Assembly (NCBI GenBank): GCA_038087875.1
Contig: JAXLNO010003381.1
Span: forward strand, 1 to 64,000
Source of the DNA: Malacoraja senta
Lineage: Eukaryota
Direction of reading: 5' to 3'
DNA length: 64,000 nt
Below are positions 60,387-64,000 of this stretch, piece by piece; the stretch's first letter is position 1, and the number at the start of each line of letters is the position of its first letter. Made by a program: the position numbers and the translations under genes. The notes under the pieces are model-generated. The model was given only the letters and a program-made list of their open reading frames with translations, ran no database searches and had not been told where the DNA came from.

Positions 60387-61468
60387 CGGTGTTGGGGGAG
60401 TCCAGAACCAGGGGACATAGTTTAAAAATAAGTGGTAGGCCATTTAGGACTGAGATGAGGGAAAACCTTTTCACCCAGGGAGTTGTGAATGTAGAATTAT
60501 TTGCCACGGAAGGCTGTGGAGGCCAATTCATGAAACTTAGTTTAGAAATACAAAATGTAAACAGGCCCTTCGGCCCACCGAGTCTACACTGACGGTTGAT
60601 CACCCGTTCACATTAGTTCTCCCAGAGACACACTTTTCACCCAGAGAGTTGTGTATCTGTGGAATTCTCCGCCACAGTGGAGGCCAATTCACTGGATGTA
60701 TTGAAGAGAGAGTTAGATTTAGCTCTTAGGGTTAAGGGAATCAGTCGATATGGGGAATAAACTGGAACGGGGTACTGATGTCACTGTACCTTAATTGGTG
60801 CATGTGACAATAAATGTGAACTTGAACTTGATTTTGGATGATCAGCCATGATCATATTGAATGGCGGTGCTGGCTCAAAGGGCAGAATGGCCTACTCCTG
60901 CACCTAGTGTCTATGTTTTGATGTTTCTATATACTGGTCAGTACAAGTATCACTATACATAAGCACTTGGATACATCTTAGATAAGCATCTCAGATACAG
61001 TACATAGCACTGGTACACTGAGACAGTGTGCAGTTAGCTCCCATACCTGCAGGAAAACCACAGTGAGGGCGTTTTGCAAAAGTGCTGCACTTATAGTGAG
61101 GCATTTTTTAAATTTCTTGAAAACATGAAAAACTGTTAAATGCAACTAAATGTATCTGTTCTCCTTCTGTTAGACGAACAAGAGCAATGAGAATTGCCAG
61201 CAGAAATGTGTGCGTTGTTTAAATATTTAATGTTTGGATGGTCAGTAATCAATAATTGCATTCAATCAATCCACCCCTCCCCCCCCTCTCCTCACCTGTA
61301 TCCACCTATCATTCACCACATTTTGTGCCGCCCCCAAGTCTCTTCCAGTTTAATAACCAGAGGCTTTTTCACGATGCAGTACGGTGGCGCAACGGTAGAG
61401 TTGCTGTTTGGAGGACATTGCAATTGAAAAAACTTCGCTTTCCACATGCATTGTGAAGCTCGATTGTA
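60387..61468. repeat. Direct copy of 36222-37313
   Basis: Collinear, including composite CR1/SINE junctions and non-repeat sequence; begins at the N gap. Confidence 0.85.
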
Positions 61469-61472
61469 TTCG

Positions 61473-61655
61473 TGTACATCGGGGTGATGTGGTCCCCTTT
61501 TCGGGTGCCCGTCAGGAGTCTCGCTGCGTCATTTTGGACCAGTTGCAGGGGGACAGGGAAGATTGGCTGATGCCAGTGTAAAGGGAGTTGCAGTAATCTA
61601 GGCGAGAGGAGATCAATGTGTGGATGATCTTTTCGAGGTCATCAAACTGGAGGAA
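61473..61655 (-). mobile_element. L2-clade LINE fragment
   Basis: Minus strand translates to ISSRLDYCNSLYTGISQS..LQLVQNDAARLLTGTRKGDHITP. Confidence 0.75.
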
Positions 61656-61672
61656 TTGTTTTATTTTAGCTT

Positions 61673-62379
61673 AGAAGAGAAGGAACTGCCCAAGATCCAA
61701 AGCATACCACCTCATCTGTGAAACACGGTGGTGGGGGTGTTATGGCCTGGGCATGTATGGCTACTGAAGGTACTGACTCACTTATCTTCATTGATGATAC
61801 AACTGCTGATGGTGGTAGCATAATGAATTCTGAAGTGTATAGACACATCCTATCTGCTCAAGTTCAAACAAATGCCTCAAAACTCATAGGCCGGCAGTTC
61901 ATTCTACAGCAAGACAATGATTCCAAACATATTGCAAAAGCAATTTTTCAAAGCTAAAAAATGGTAAATTCTTGAGTGGCCAAGTCATTCTGAACCCAAT
62001 TGAGCATGCCTTTTACATGCTGAAGAGAAAACTGAAGGGGACTCGCCCCCAAAACAAGCGTAAGCTAAAGATGGCTGCAACACAGGCCTGGCAGAGCATC
62101 ACCAAAGAAGACACCCAGCAACTGGTGATATCCATTAATCGCAGACTTCAAGCAGTGTTCCAAACATTATTGTGCCCTGAAATGGGGGGACTATGTATAA
62201 ACACTGCTGGAATTTCTACATGGTGAAACCAAAATGTATAAAAATGGCCTTTATTAATATTTGACAATGTGCACTTTAACCATGTGCTTTTTTTCTATTT
62301 CAAATCACAAATTGTGGAATACAGAGACAAATAAATAAATGATGGGTCTTTGTCCCAAACATTATGGAGGGTACTGTAG
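61673..62379 (+). mobile_element. Partial Tc1 copy (3' transposase fragment + TIR)
   Basis: KHGGGGVMAW..QQDNDSKH..LNPIEH; terminal TIR gtcccaaacattatggagggtactg-ta. Confidence 0.85.
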
Positions 62380-63556
62380 CCAACCAAGTCCGCGACGGCC
62401 AATGATCACCCCGTACACTCGCACTGTCCTGCACACGAGGGACAATTTACAATTATACAGAAGCCAATTAACCTACTAAACTACACATCTTTGGATTGTG
62501 GTAAGAAACCGGAGCACCCGGATAAAACCCACGCTGTCACAGGCAGAACATACAAACTCCGTACAGACAGCACCCGTAGTCATGATCAAACCCGGGTCTC
62601 TGGCGCTGTAAGGCAGCAACTCTACCGCTGCGCCACTGTGCCGCCCTGGGTCATTTCCTCGGGTAAAATTTGATGGGAGAGATTATAAACTGCGTTTTAA
62701 TTATTATTCAAGGAAAAAACAGCCGAGACCTTGAAGATGAGGTCGGCAGCGGTGGAGGGAGGAGAGGAACAGCGCCGGTGAGCTGGCTGGGTGGGGCCTC
62801 ACCTCGCATGGAGACGGCCGTGGGAGGCGAGGGGAAAAGGGTGCGTTAGTGGGTCGATGTGTGTGCGGAATGCGAGTGGGCTGCTGGAGGCCCTGCAGCA
62901 GCCGGTGGATCGGGTGCCGCTGGAGGTCCCACAGAGGTCGTGGACGAGCGCGCGGATCGGACACAGCCTGCAGCAGCGGTGGAGGCACCCACAACATCGC
63001 CAGGCCAGGCCGACCCCTGCAACTCCCACCCAGTGCCGTCCCCACGACAACAAGCCTTTAAGCCCAAAATAAGACTCTGCTTTTTTTTACCAATTTGATG
63101 TTTAAGAATATAAGATACCACCAGAAATGTGGCAACTCTTGTGTACTGTATCATATAATCTGCTATGAATACAATCTTGTCCTTAGCTTCAGCTGTGCTT
63201 ATATAAAGTAAGATTTTTACTGAATTCTATGCAAAAGAAATTTCACTGTACCCATGTACATGAGACAATAAAGTACCATTGAACCATTGAGCAATGGGGA
63301 TATAAAAACTGTTAATTATTACAAGTATTGAACTGTGGATACGCGTTAGAAGAATAAGATAAAAATTAAGGGGAATCGTTATATCAATATTTTTATTCTG
63401 ATGGAATGACGCCCAATAATCATCGTTTATGTGTGCAACCACTGCAAAGTCGTTTCCTGAGTAAACGGAAATTGACTGTTTGACTTCTGTTGTGAATGAG
63501 GAAGAGGACAACTCAAACGCAGTGCAGGGACCAAACCGATCCAACGTAGCCGAGAC

Positions 63557-63653
63557 ATGGCGGTGGGACAGGGAGAATTCACCCACCAGAAAAGGCCCAG
63601 ATCCAGGGGAACAGTCGCTCTGTTGGTTCTTGTCGCTGTTGGTCTCACACCAG
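63557..63653 (+). CDS. Gene C exon 1, signal peptide [32 protein letters not shown](G); paralogue of gene B, rest of gene beyond the window
   Basis: 91/97 nt identical to the gene B leader in inverted orientation; intact ATG and CCAG|gtaaat donor. Confidence 0.75.
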
Positions 63654-64000
63654 GTAAATCGTTGTTTTACAAAATGCTCTGTCTTTAGAATTATTTACCA
63701 GCGCCTTGAATTATTTGTAACCACAGACCTCTCTGTACTGTGTGGGGAGCTGATGATCAATTGCTCAACACTCGTTAGTTCCTGTAGAGACTTCCATCAG
63801 CGGTTGTTGTCGTGTTGTGTGCAGCGAAATCGCACACAGTTAGCTCCCTGTGGAGAAGGGAGATAACTATCTAGAGCTTGCCTGGCCTTGTGGACCTCAT
63901 TGAAACTTACCGAATAGTGAAGTTTAATGTTTAATACCGAATAATGATGGCCTGGATAGAGTGGATGGGGTGAGGATGTTTCCACTAGTGGGAGAGTCTA

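Larger units (their letters stand above)
61673..64000. repeat. Right arm of the inverted duplication (runs off the window end)
   Basis: See left arm. Confidence 0.9.

Overview
This is eukaryotic, vertebrate genomic DNA. The repeat landscape (HE1/V-SINE-like SINEs, CR1/HER1-like LINEs, Penelope-like fragments, Tc1, hAT MITE, DeuSINE relic) points to a cartilaginous fish, probably a skate or ray (inference). Most ORFs in the supplied track are repeat-derived or spurious. Reading splice sites by hand recovers a cluster of CD300/pIgR-like (MDIR-like) Ig V-set receptor genes. Gene A (minus, 21827-31347) has a leader, 2 V domains, a stalk, a TM exon and a tail with ITIMs, with one unresolved splice-phase mismatch. 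Gene B (minus, 39212-56396) has a leader, 3 V domains, a stalk, a TM exon and a tail with ITIMs, in a fully phase-consistent 501-aa model. The leader exon of a third paralogue, gene C (plus, 63557-63653), lies head-to-head with gene B inside a multi-kb inverted duplication. Two of gene B's V exons come from a recent ~3.05-kb tandem duplication and differ by only 3 nt, all non-synonymous. The window also holds many Penelope-derived short repeats carrying minimal type-I hammerhead-ribozyme-like motifs; three intact ones lie sense to gene B's pre-mRNA. Other content: a CR1 LINE with an uninterrupted EN+RT ORF, two GIY-YIG Penelope fragments, a 4-kb direct duplication, a G-rich minisatellite and two N gaps. 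All coordinates and comparisons were read by eye; no alignment or database search was run.
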